The position numbers were made by a program, and so were the translations under genes. The notes beneath the pieces are model-generated. The model was not told where the DNA came from. It saw only the letters and a program-made list of their open reading frames with translations, and did no database searches. A DNA stretch of 64,000 nt, taken from the NCBI GenBank assembly GCA_030295235.1, contig AP026134.1, positions 682,001 through 746,000 of the forward strand, given 5' to 3'. Positions within the stretch are counted from its first letter, which is position 1, and each line of letters begins with the position of its first letter. Below, in pieces: positions 34,716 to 47,857 of the stretch. The DNA is from Fistulifera solaris (taxonomy: Eukaryota).

Positions 34716-35289
34716 CGTGTAGATTGTGGTTTCTAGAACAGATAGATCGAAAGCAACGAAGTGTGAGTTGATTGACGTGATTAATGAGCACTCTATGGCC
34801 GGTATCGGGCCGCTCTGGTGCACTTACATTATTTCCAGGTTGATTCAAGAGAATGTATAGATGCTTTCAACAGGATTATAATAGCAGGAACGGAAGCAAA
34901 AGGGATAAAAGAGTCAACGATGTGAAATATTTTTGGTTCTTCGATAAACGGTGTGAAAAAACATGATAGTACACATAACCGCACAGTAAAAGAGCTTATG
35001 CCCGCGGTCATTATGACCCTTGTTTCGGTCATTTGGTCACAGAAAAAGTGAGACGTGAAGGTCCTGATCGATCGGTAATCAGCACTCATGATTGAATTCA
35101 GTCTTGGTGAAAAACGAACAACACTTTTGGCTATAGTACTATTGAACCGGTACCCATGGACTCATGATTGAATGCATTTTTTTCAATCGCCTTCATGTTC
35201 TCTTGTTGTCTTTGCCGTAACCTTACCTGGTATTTTGTTTGCATGAATTTACTTAATGGTCACTTCATTCTCTGGCGTTCATTTGAATC

Positions 35290-36110
35290 TTAATGACAGC
35301 ATTCACTAACAGTACTGCAGCAGCCATCAGAAAAGCACCCGATTCGGTCGTACCTTCTGATGTTTGCGCTGCTTCAGAAGGGCTACTGGTGCCAACTCGG
35401 TAAGAGTTGGTACCACAGGAGAATCTGCTGGCGTGCTGACACTTGGTGCTGCAGGGTATTCTACCGGTGCAGATCGATCAGAGCATTTCAAATATTCCGT
35501 CTGAATGAGAACACAAAGCCATTTAATGGAAGACCACCTGTTCCATCTAGAACCAGATGACCAATATCTCTTGAATCTACCGGCGCACATTCCTGAGTGG
35601 ATTCATGCACCTTTACGCGGACGCGATTTTGCGCGTAATACCGCAAAGGTAGGCTGCAATCGACTGGCAAAAGATTGGTCCATTATTCTTGGGAACAACA
35701 TACCACCACTGGTCAGCAAGCAGAGCCTGATCAACAAAAATGCAATAATGTTGTGTGAGACCACAGCGCAACCCCTGATGTTTGTACTTTGCAAATAGAA
35801 CTTGCTCGGTCGAGAAATAAAGCCTTCAAGTTGTCGTCAATCAATCGAGCACCACGAGAGTCAAACCGCCAAAAGTCAACAGGAAACACTGTTTCGCCAT
35901 TACACTCGTCATTGTAAACGCCCGGTTTACAGTAGTTGAAGTAAGTATTTGCTGGAACGGTGGGATACTCGTCATAAATTGTTAATGTCGTCTGAGTACA
36001 ACAGAGGCATTCCAAGCTCTTCCGTGGTTCGTAGACACCAGAGCTCGATCGGATCGTCGTCGCTTATTTCAGCGTAGGATTCTCCTGTCATCGAGTAATC
36101 TGAGTAATCT
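35290..36110 (-). pseudogene. Degraded remnant of a probable secreted/GPI-anchored protein gene
   Basis: Protein-like fragments in shifting frames ending in a P/S/T stalk (APVEYPAAPSVSTPADSPVVPT) and hydrophobic tail (GAFLMAAAVLLVNAVI). No start or signal peptide found. Confidence 0.35.
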
Positions 36111-36941
36111 AGCTATAGGTGCATGTTCATGATTATTTGGTCGGAAAGTATAGACGAAACTACCTTTATCGAAATATAGCCGGGTTCTTGATGACTGAAT
36201 TTCACTTACTTGTGTAAATCTATTCTGATTACTTCGTAGTTCTACTTGATTTACTTGATCAGCATCCAGCAAATAGAAACAGAGCGTATTAGTCGGCTGA
36301 GACTGTCACCCGTCACTGCTGTGCGCGGAACTTAAACGGCATTTACGGCGGCAATTCTACGTAGCGCGATTGTTGTAAGTTGTAATAAATAGAAAAGAAA
36401 ACACATTCTGATTCGGCGGACGACGTTGAATCATTTGGTTGCACCTAAGCCATTTGCTGACCAGCCGTCAATACAGCCCTCAGAATCAATTGGTAAAATG
36501 TGAAAATCGCCTAATCGATGCGCATCTACGCCGAGTAATGCCATTTGCTGATGAACGGATGAGCACCAAGCCATAGCGACTCAGGACTCAAGAAAGAGTC
36601 CAGTCACGGAAAAATTCAAATATTCTTTAACCTTAATGATCGCTAAACTCATGACTTTGACGACATCGTTTCCTTACGATGTTGTGGTGCACCCTGGTGT
36701 CATATTTCTTGCCATTGATGGGATGACAAACAAAGGCATGAAAACTGTAGTGCTTTCATCAATTAACTCTTCATTCTGTCATTTGTCAGTTTAGCCCGTC
36801 CTTTCTTTTGCCGGTAGAAGAGAGGAAGTCAAAGACAATCATTATAAGACGGCTCTTCAAAACCTTCTCTCTGCCTCAAAACTTGAGTGAAAAGGAGTTA
36901 AACGCAAGTCTTGGTCATTTCTAGGGTAAACGTCCATCACC

Positions 36942-39900
36942 ATGCGATGCTCATTAATCCGTCCTAGGGCGAAACTCGCCGATGATATTTCCGAGACTCC
37001 TCATGCTATTGTCATTCGATCTTTGCGTCGACGGCTCTGTCAGGCGTTTTGCGAAGGCAATGCTATCAAGGCTCTATGCATTTACAAAGCCCAACGCTCG
37101 GACTGGGAACGCTGGGCGGAATCGGAAAAAGAGGCTGCTCAAAAAGCGCTTCCAACGATCTGAGTCGTCAAACCAGTAACTTGACAATGCAGCTCACCAA
37201 TGATTCACAAGACGAAATCGGTTTGTTGCAATCGGAAATGAATCCCTCGGAATTTTTTTTGTGCTGACGACTACTTCAAACCGAATGATCCGTACAATGA
37301 TGAGATAAAAGAAGCAGTTGTACCAACGCCACTGCCCAAGCCAAAACGTCGAGAGCCCTTCTCAATGTTTCGATTCGGCGACAAGGGAAAGAAAGAAGAC
37401 GACAATACGAGCGGAAACGATGACAATAAGCTACATATGACAACTCCACTACACGAGGCTGCACGTTTAGGGTGCGGAGAACTAGTGCGCTTAATGTTGG
37501 CACACGACTCTGTCGATTGTCAGAAGCGAAACGGTCAATATAGAACTCCCTTGCATATGGTAGCGGGTGGGATAGCCAAAGAAGACCACGTCGGCATTGG
37601 ACCTCTGATTTCTCCAAAGGGAGACTCGAAACCAGTGGGTACAAGTGGATCAAAACTGAGAACCTTTTTTCGTCGAAAGAGCAAGTCTGATGTTGTTAAG
37701 TTCAAGTCCTTGGCTGTTGCCTGTTCCATGGACAGTCGAGTTGATGCACTACGCGCAATTATATCGTGGTCTGAACAACGAGAAGTGCTCTCGACGAATT
37801 CGGTAGATAGCGACGGTCGGACGGCTTTACATTATGCTGCAGAGCTGGGTCGAGAAAAGATTTGTCATGAATTATTGTCGTCGTTTGGAGCCAATCTAAC
37901 TATTGTCGACAGCATGGGAATGAATCCTTGCGAGAAGGCGGCTGAACAAAACTACCATGATTTAGCTGCGTTTCTGGAGGCTAAAGCTGTCTTGTATATT
38001 GATCCGTTCGGTATGGACAATGAGTTGTACGAAAGCAACTTGGGACTGCAGCATTTAAATGGATTTTCGCGGCAAACTCTGACTACCCCCTTTTCGTGGT
38101 TTGAAACGCTGGTCGATGTTCAAAAGAAAGAGAACGAAGAAGGGATATAATGGAAAACAAGATGAAAAAGATCTTGTCGCTGCGTATTGAAAAGGAAGAA
38201 TTCAAGGCGAGGATACTTGCGCGCGGCACCATGGACGATGAGGTTGAATGGTCCGCCACAAAAACTGTTGAAAAGAGCTCGGACACCCCCAGTGGAAAGC
38301 CAGAGTCCTTGTTAGACGCACTCCGCTGGTTTCTGGGGCGAGTACGCAGCTGTCATGCGGATAAATTGCTTTCGTTGAACGAATGGAACCTAAAGCGTTG
38401 TGTTGAGCGTTTCTACATTGACCCGATCCAAATGTTGAAAGATGCAGGCCTTCACTTTCAACCTGATTCATCAGATGAAGGGAACAAAACCCAGGATTTC
38501 CAAACGTGTTTGATATGTTGCGAAGAATTTAATGCGCAATCTGCGAAGCGGGAGCGACTAAGCAACTGCTTACATCGATTCTGTCGTGATTGTCTATCAG
38601 ATTACGTTTCAAATTGTGCAAAGTCGGGCATGTCGTGCTTTAAAGTCACCTGTCCACATCACGAGTGTAACTCTCCGTTACTGCAGTCAGAGCTAGCTGA
38701 TTTCGCGTCGGACAGTGACTACGCATTATTGGTGGATACCTCCAATGCGGATTTCGTAGTTGGTGCTTACGATGTACGCTACTGTCCTCATCCCGGATGT
38801 GCGGGTGTGGTACAATTCAATGCGTCTGTTTTCAGAGAGTCTATCGAGGACCATTTGACAATACACAAGACGGTAGGCGCTGTTTGTACTTATGACAGTG
38901 GTGGGGACCACCATGGTCCCCTGACCTATGAGGGGTCTGCGACACAGCCTATTACGGGACGCTGAAGCAACCCAAACTAGCCCATCGTTTCTGCTTTAAT
39001 TGCGGAGAAAGCATGCACTGGCCAGTCTCTTGCCGTCAGCTAGAGGAATGGAATGAAGTGGTGAAAGAGCACGTTCAAGAGGTTTCTGGTGTCGAAGATT
39101 CTGACGATTACAAAGATGTGGCTCAAAAGCTGTGGATGCGAGCGAATACACGTCCATGTCCCAAGGTAGGTACTTCATCGACCTATATCTACTTATTTTT
39201 GGAGTACCAGGTACTTCTTACATTGATGAAATGACCACAGTGCCAAGCTCCCATCCAGAAGAGTGATGGCTGCAATCACATGACTTGTCGAGGCTGTCGA
39301 TACGAGTATTGTTGGATTTGTTCAGGCGACTGGAAACATCACACCACTGAGACGGGAGGTAAGTTTGATAACAATCCGCACAATGCTTTCGTCTTTCAGT
39401 CATTTTATATAGTCTAAGTATCGCTATTTCGTGTAAGGGTTCTTTCGTTGTAATCGTTGGATAGATCAAAAAGATCACGAAGCGTATGGTGGACTGAAAC
39501 CAGATGCTGCCGACATCGCTGCCGCAAAGTACATTACTGATGAACAGTTAGCGGATCCCACCAAAATGGAAGTGACATACGGTACAGCTATGCATGAAGC
39601 GCGCGTTTCTCGTAGTCGCACTCGGGAGATGGGTCGGTTCCTACACCATTATCGACGTTGGAATGCCCATTGTGAGAGCGCAGTCTTGGAACGCAATATG
39701 AGAGATTCGGCTATTGAACGACTCGCTCCCGTTGTGAAAATTGCTAGTCAGTTTGTACCCCCATACAGTGGTGATTTTAATTTTGGTGGACAAGGACTGT
39801 CCTTCATACACGCTGCCTTCACGGAATTACTTGAATGCCGTGCTACTTTGCAACACAGCTATGCTTACTTGTACGTCCAGTTTGACACCAAGCCTGGGGT

Positions 39901-40495
39901 TCGCGGAAAGTTATCTAAACAACTACGCACGGAAAAACGCGCAGTTGAGAGAATCCAGGCTGAACTTGAGACGATGACTGAACAGCTCAGTGATGTTGTC
40001 GCTCGGTCGCACCTCCGAGCAACTCAAATGCAAATATTGTTTCTTACTTCTGCCACGGCGGAAAAGAGGAAAGAATTTTCAAGTTGCATGATCACTATCT
40101 TGGCAAAGCAGCTTAAGCGGAGCTCGAAAGATGGTACTCAAGCCAAGAGTGCGTCTCGGGATGGCAGAGAAGGAAATTTCATCAGAAATGATTCCGCTAA
40201 TGGCGATAAAGCTAAGCTACACCGACGGTCATCTAATGGCAGTGACGACCTTGTTGTCGGCGATGGAAGCTCCAGAGAGGACATAGAAGCTGATATACGG
40301 GCAAGTCTCGCCCGCTTCATGAAAAACACTGGTGAATTAGATGTACTAAGGATTGAGAGCGACAACTGCGAAGATGCTTTTGATGATAAAGAAACACAAG
40401 GAGACTGGCCTTGTCTTACTTGTACTTATGTTAATTGCCAGGGATTCCATTGTGCTATCTGTGGCACATCTCGTCGCGAACTTTCTGGGGTCTAG
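36942..40495 (+). CDS. ANKIB1: Ankyrin-repeat Ariadne-type RBR E3 ubiquitin ligase (ANKIB1-like) with C-terminal RanBP2/NZF finger
   Basis: Ankyrins (TPLHEAA, TPLHMVA, TALHYAA), RING1 (CLICC...CLHRFCRDC), IBR (YCPHPGC...HRFCFNC...HWPVSC), RING2 (CPK|CQAPIQKSDGCNHMTC), Ariadne domain (RFLHHYRRW...LLECRATLQHSY), WPCLTCTYVN...CAICG. Introns 39166-39240 and 39359-39437; several frameshifts. Confidence 0.85.
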
Positions 40496-40651
40496 GGACT
40501 TGCCCTGGGGCTTCGAACCCAATGAGCCGCTATCTTCGCTTAGTGAATGTATTCATGTTGCACCTTTAGAAAATCTAGTTGTCTATTACGGAGTACATTT
40601 ATGAAGAGAGAATTGCACGCGCCAAACTTATTTATTGTGCTATTAGACTGT

Positions 40652-43600
40652 CTAACCACCTGATGTAAAAAGACTGCGCCTGCGTGCGAACCGACGTTTC
40701 TTGCCGTTTTCTTTGTTTCGCTCTTCTTGTCTTAATCTCTCAGCTTCTTCTTCGTCACGTAGCTTGTAATTCAACACCAACTCAGCAACAATCTGTACCC
40801 CCTTGCTTTCCCACTCATTTCTGTTGTTGATTGCATAGTTTAAGCACTCCTCGCTGCTGACACCGAATACACCGCACTCTTTTAGCTTTTTGCCAAGGGA
40901 ATCACATAAGAATCAAAGAATTTAACTTCACCGTCAACCCAAAACTCGCTAGGATCTTTCGCCATTCGGCCGGCACGGTACGCCGTATAAAGTTCATCGA
41001 ACAACCGACGATTCCATTTCTGGTACACATGCCAGTGTTGCATACTGTGTGCTACATCCGATGCCTGAACGATATGCTCAATTACTATCGTTGCCTTGCG
41101 ATTCGGAGTGTCGTCGTCTCTCTCAGTGAAAGCCTTTTCCCACCGCGCTTGTCGCATAGCCAAAAGTTCTGGATCAAAAATATCTGTAGCCATCACAACG
41201 TTCACCACAACCTGACGGAACCGGTCAAGCTCAGATTGCGTGGCAAACATGCATTTGAGTAGCTCACCATACTCCTCCTCATCCATCAGCAAGTCCCAGG
41301 CTAGGTCGACCGAATTTTGCTCAGCAACACTCTTATTCTGATACTTTTCAGCGATAGGAACACCCTCTTTTACTAGCTGCTGATTCGACACCCCCAATGG
41401 TCGCAATCATGAATGAGTGCCGCGAAGACAATCGCTAGCTGTGTCAACGGGTCGGAAGTGATGCCATAGGTGTAATGATGTAAATCTGAGGCGAGCTCTT
41501 TGCCCCCCATTTGCAACGATCTACGCCGGACTTTCATTTCGGGGGCCACAATACGTTGCAGTAATTTATTCACGCTCATCGTCACATGACTAGCATGCTC
41601 GAAATTGTGAAAGGATTATTTCGATACATTGCCGCGATCACGGCAACGTATCGCTTCAATTGAGCCTTCACTGCAGGTCCCAAATTGATCGTGTCGGGGT
41701 CAACATACCCTTTATAGGCAGCAGCGTCGAATTCCGGCAGAGATATGACTTCGACCACTTCATCAAGAACCTTTACATTACTTTTTTCACGTGAGAAAAC
41801 AGGTGCCGACTCCTGAGTGGCATCAATTTTAGCCAAATTTAACATGCGTCGTTGAGCGATAACCTGACGCAGCAGACCAGCGAGCAGATCAACGTTGTAA
41901 TCAATGAGCCGAATGTGTTTCTGCTTTTGTTGCATGATATCTAATTGGCTGTCATCAGCTTCACCGTCTTCTTGGTTGCCCCAAATATCATCTGATTGTT
42001 TTGTCAAACTATCGTCGGAGATCGTAGAGCTGATACTCCTACGAGAGTTCTGCGGATGAAACCAATAAGTTTGCAGTTCCCCCTTGCCTTTGGCGAGCAC
42101 TTTCTCTTCGCGAGCTCTGATCCAGTGACCTTTACCGGCTTTGGTTACTAAATCCGCTGTTGTCGCTGAAAGCTGGATTTGGTCACGCTGGCCTGTACTC
42201 TCCATTCTCGCTGCCGTATTCACAGTGTCACCAAACAACTGAAACCGGGACTTTTCTCCGCGGAGAACTCCTGCCGTCACGGGGCCGCTGTGCAAACCAA
42301 AACGCATCTTTAAATCGCTAGTGTCGGGACCAAGTGTCAAGTCCAGTGATTGCGTAATGGCATTCATTTTAGCACGACAGTCTCGAGCAAAGCGACACAT
42401 GATCAACGCATGATCTTCTTGTGGATCTGGCAAGCCCGTCACTGCCACATAGCTATCGCCAATTGTTTCCACCTTAAATACTCCTCTCTTCCGTGCTATT
42501 TTATCAAAAGCTTGGTACACGCTTTCCAACAACGTGAAAACCTGAGCTGGATCTCGTACACTAGACCAAGCAGTGAAGCCACTGATGTCTGATATATTTG
42601 TAAGGTCGAGTTAGGACGGAAAGTGTTAGATACTTGATTGGATGTTGCGATTATTTTTTGTCAAAGATCTTCAGAATCGTAGCCTTACCCGCAAACTGTA
42701 ATTTTTAGAAGGAATTAGAAGCAGAAAGTAAGAGAAATGTTAAGACAAAAAGCAGAAATGTTTCATCAGATGTGAACGCACCAAAACTGTGCAATTGGGA
42801 AACAAATCAGCAATTGGCTTCAGTCCCCCTCCCTCTGATATGGGAACGTCTCCGTTGTGGTCCAAGAAAGAACGCAGCCGTTGCTTTGTAGGCTCAAAAA
42901 CTACTAAAGTAGAGTCGTCCTGCGTAATGTCCTCGTCGAGACTGGGATCGCCATTTTCGCCCAGACTCTCACGACGAAAAAGTCGATCGTGAACTTGCTC
43001 GGGAAACAAAGAGCTCAAAATAGCCCGACTTTGAACAGCATGTTCGAGCACAATTTTTGACGTTTGGCAACCAACAGGTCGTACCAGGCAAACATAGAAG
43101 CAACCAAGGCAAACCCTAAGGCTGTCACGAAAGCGAGCCAAAAAGCATGGTGACTTTGAGTCGACGAATTAGATGGGTAGAAATCGACCGTGTAATTACA
43201 AGAAGCTGAAGGTAGTTTCAACTCAGAATGTAGCAACATATCCCTATGCTTCGATGTATCGCGGTTCCAGCCTTGAAAGTCTCCTTTGTTTAGGTCGATT
43301 GTGAGATTGACGCCCACTTGGCAGGAATCTCGAACGACGGCCAGCACGTTAAGCGGAGACGAGGTTAGCCCCTCTCTCCGCAACAAAGATCCCCAAGAAG
43401 ACAAAAGTACAACTATGGCTTTCACCTCTGTACTATTCTTGTCGCTCAAAATGGGATGGAGGAATGCCGAAACAGGAGAGAGATTTGCCTCGCCCGCATC
43501 CAAGATGGGTCCCCACGTCGGCTTTGCCGTATTAAGAACGTCCAGGAGGGGTGCTTTCCAGTCCTCTAAACTGAACAGATTCAAATTGACCAAGTGACTT

Positions 43601-44291
43601 GCTTCATCCGCCGGAAACATCTGCCACATGGGCGCAAGGGTCCATTACCGACGGTGGGGCTTCCGTCGGCATTGAAAATGTGGGGTCGGATTGATACTAG
43701 CTTTCGTGCAGTTGCCTCCTCTACATTGTATCGAAATCTTAAATTAAGCTTGTCCGATACTTTGGAAGGAATCCAGTCAACGTGATGGGGTGCGTAATCT
43801 TCCCATTCTGCTATATTTTCTTTCGTGACTAAAGGGAACCACCAAACGCCGGAAAGGTTCAAAAGATCACGGACTGTTTGAGTGGTAGAAGGAAAATCAG
43901 GTGTAGTGACGGTAGGATATTCTTCCTGAAGTATATTCGCAAGACGTGAAATGTCATTGGCTAATCCGTTTGCTGCGGTAGCGTGTTGATGGGTCCATGA
44001 CTCTTGCAGTCGTTGTTGTACTTGAGACGCTTGCGAATAAAATAAAGCCGCAGCTATCTTTTTCTGCCTTTGGACAGTCGATTGGTACACGAATTCGATA
44101 CTGATGACAGCAGTGACGAAGAGGATAATCATGATTCCTTTCCTAACATAAGCAACTGCCCGATTTTCGCTGGTCGCGAGGCCTTCGGCCGTTCGGTCGC
44201 GCTGAATCGCGTCTTCCCCGCTTTCGATCGATCCTAAAGAGCCCTCATCGGCAAATGAAGTGCCATCGTCGTGTGTCGGTGGTTGACTCAT
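40652..44291 (-). CDS. Membrane receptor-type nucleotidyl cyclase fused to class I phosphodiesterase (GC/PDE)
   Basis: Two TM helices flanking a CHASE-like ectodomain. Cyclase motifs VL|FA|DISGFT, KVETIGDSY, GLHSGPV, FGDTVNTAARMES. PDE motifs NPFHNFEHASH, IHDCDH, MATD, QASDVAH. Introns 42696-42781 and 42589-42688; several frameshifts. Confidence 0.9.
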
Positions 44292-44860
44292 ATTCTGTGA
44301 AAGAATTAATAGTGCTAGAATGCTCCAATTGAAATGGAGCAAGACCATTGACGATGAGACGAAAGATTCTTTCGCTTTCGCTTTTGTCTTCAGTCGTTTC
44401 GTCAAAATGCCCTCGCCTGATAATCCAGCCCAACAAAATATCATCATCAGTGACACAGTAGTACAATGAAGCAAAAGACCCACAAAAAAGAGGTCACAGT
44501 CACAAAGGACGGATTGGATTGTTAAATAATGGCGTTGTGTACCGGTACAGTACCGGTAGCTGGTATCGTCGCGTGATGTCCCCGGCTTTTCCGTCTGTCT
44601 TTGTCAGACGTCGAAGATTCGCGTTTGTTCTTTCAATGAATAAATAATAATCATGAAAAAACTATTTCAGCTTGCTGTACGTCCCTACCTAGTTAAAGAG
44701 GAACCTCACTCAATGATTGAAACTCGACAAAGCTTGTGACTGAGGATCAGTGGAGGAGGAGTCGATGAATTTTATGTGTAAGATGTCTGTTGACTATTTA
44801 TCGTTAGAAGAATTATTCATTTTCATTGAGATTTTATGGCAGGGGCATTGTTTTTGTTGA

Positions 44861-47273
44861 CTACACGTGCTTATTGGCAACCGCGCATCGCCGACGTTCT
44901 ATGGCTAGTTCTCCATAGCGTTTCTGCAGTTCAGACTCTCGGACTTTCAAAGCAGCGACTTCTTCCTTCAGCCTTTCAATGCGCTTTTTTTGCAGCGGCG
45001 GTCTCGATAGACTCGAGCAAGCCATAAACGGACTCCTCAATAACTGCATCTTTCAAGCGACCAAACGTTTCTAACAATTCATCGGCAAACTCTTTCGACC
45101 GTTTGCTGTAACCCCCATTCATCACCTCAAGCTTGGATGCCAACTTAGAGTTCTTTTTGGCGAGAGCTTCCGTTGCGCTTTGCAAAATGTCAAACTCACG
45201 ACTAAGATTCTCAATGCATTTTGCTTTCGACGATGCATTGGGGAAGTCTTGCGATAATCTGAAGTCGAAATCAGAACCTCTATTGAAACAAGCCTTCGAC
45301 GTTTCCAGATGGAGCACTTCAATGGCGTCTTGACGGTTCTCCGCCTTCCCGTCTCGAATAACAGCCACCGCGCGCTCGTTTACAAGTAACTCCGACTCTC
45401 TCTGCAAAAGCAATTTCGCTTGCTGAATTTGGCTGTCAGATAAATTTTCAAGCACAACTGGAATTGTCGACGGAAGCGGAGTTGGTGTTGAACCTTTCTT
45501 TTTCTTTAGTTTTGAGTCTTCCTTTTCGTACGGCTTAGCTTCCATTGGGTACATATAGGCGTCGTGCTGGATCAGTCGAAGCATCTCTTCACGCACCAAA
45601 GTCCTTGCCTCGCTCTCCTGTTTTGTCTGCACCATATTAGAAGTCGGTCGAGGCAAATCAGTTCGCTGCAGAACAGTGGATCGCTCTCGAAACTTTCTTT
45701 CCGCCTCTGATCGTCTCGCCTCTTGCTCCGCGGCTTCTACATCTGCCTGATCAGGCAATGTGACGACGCCCTCCATTTCTTCTCCTTCTTCAACCGTAGT
45801 TGGTACAGCAAGCTCATATTCGTATTGCGGGGAAGGCAACGCGGCAAGAGCAGCCTCCAGCTCCATGCGTGCTTTCTTAAGCATGCGGCGTTCTTGTCTT
45901 GCTAATTCACGAATAGAATAATGAGTAGTGGCAAAGGTGCCCCCGCTGACGGAAGCCGCATCACTCGGTAGATTCAACCCCAGTTCATCTCGACGCGGCA
46001 ACGGAGTGGCTCCAACTCCTCTGCGATCCGGCATAGCAGGAGTCCGTACAGCAGCTAACTTTTGATCTATGTCATCCACCAGATCTTCGGCGTCCTCAAA
46101 CTCAGTCTCCTGTCCCGGTAGCAAGGGTGTTTGAGCTTGAGATAGTTTCCGCAGCTGGCTGGCTTCATGTACTAGGTCTCTGCGAGCAGTCGCAGGGGTC
46201 CGCATCGGAGTAGGAAGGGGACGATCTGTGTAATCACCTAATAAAGCTAACGTCGCACCGCCTCCTGAATCAGCAACCAAAGAAGCCTCTTGTTCCGCGG
46301 TAACAAGTTTGGCCATTTGTGCCAACTCTGGATCAGTCATTGTCGGATCTGGAAGTTGGAGCATGCCGCGGGGTCTGCGCTGCAACTCAATATCTTCTTC
46401 GAGCCTCTTGGCTTGTTGTTCGTACTTGGCGTTGGTTTCCTCCAAAACACGCATACGTGCTTCTTCACGTTTCTGAGCCGCAGCCGCAGCCTTGTCCCGT
46501 GTTCGATAGATATTCTCATTCACCTGATGAAAATTAACCGCTTTGAGACGCTTCTGTCGGAGTGCCTCACTTCGCGCAGCTTCACTCGTAGTATCATGAA
46601 AACCCGCGGCAGCTGGTTTGTAAAAGGGAATTTCGGCTCCCAAATCAATATCCCTGCTACGCTTCTTCCGTTTGGGTTGCGAACTTAATAGTCCGGCCTG
46701 TTTGAGCTCTCGTCTTTTCTGAAGATCAGCAAGGCGCTTTGCCTGTGCAAGCATCCTTTCACGTTCTTTGCGCTTGGCTTTTTTACCCTGCGTGTTCGCC
46801 AGCCTCGCGCGTGCTTCTTGAAGCATTTCCATTTCATCTTCATCCATGTCAATCGGATCAGGACGAGCAGGTTTCGTCTCGGGATGCGAATCAATCTGAC
46901 CTGGACGTAATTGATGTTGCTGACGGACATCTGCGGCACTGTTACCCGTAGCAGCTTGGTCCAGCAACTCTTCGTAGTGCTCTTGACACTGCGTAGCAGT
47001 TCTCCCAACCAGCGGAGCAATTGTTTTCCATTGTGCTGGCATCAACTTTGCCAAATGCAACAACTTCTCATCTTCCGTGCGCGTCCATTCTGCCTTTTTA
47101 ATACTAGGATCAAGCCACTCGTGCCATCGTGCTTTTGCTTGTTTAGCTGTCTTTCGATTGAGAAGAGACGCAACTCGAGCCCATTGCTGTTTTCCGTATT
47201 TTTGCACAGCTGCTTTGAGGATTTCATCCTCGCTGTTTTTCCAGACGCCACCTTTGAGCTGTACTCGGACCAT
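44861..47273 (-). CDS. CDC5L: Pre-mRNA splicing factor CDC5L/CEF1 (Myb repeats)
   Basis: KGGVWKNSEDEILKAAVQKYGKQQWARVASLL, PETKPARPDPIDMDEDEMEMLQEARARLANTQGKKAKRK. Frameshift in the T-run near 44988. Confidence 0.96.
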
Positions 47274-47857
47274 CTTTCTTTACCTCCTCTTGCAGTCTTT
47301 ATTTATGACAAATGCAAATCGATCTTATTTGTCATAAATGGGAACGATAGACATGCAACATGCAACATACAACATAATACCTGGTACCAGGTACTAAACT
47401 TGTTTTATGTGTGTTTCATCTTGCGGCTGGTTGCTTTGTGGCGACGCGGTCAGACGTGTCATTCTTGAGTACCACAAAGACACGGTAACCACTCGGATCT
47501 TGTTGCAATTGATAAGTCTTATTATTTCTAGATTCTCCAGGTCTAGGGCCTGAGTGCAAAGCATAATTTAGCGTTTTAGCCTATGTACACTAAGTCTCAG
47601 CATTGTCGGCACTCGTTGAAGGTTCGTCTAATCGAATATGCTAATAGCAACGCGTTTAGTTTTAAGATAAGTGGCAGGGAGTGGCACAGCGAGATTGTAT
47701 GCGACGCGAGCCGAACTCTCTTCCATAACAAGAGCTCCAAGATACTGAGCGCTAGATCGACGAGCACTGCTGATCTCCTAGAGTTTAGAAAGCGGATTGT
47801 GCAATTTGTCGCTTGACCGATAGCAAATAAACTACGTTCTTAAGATGGCAACGACGA

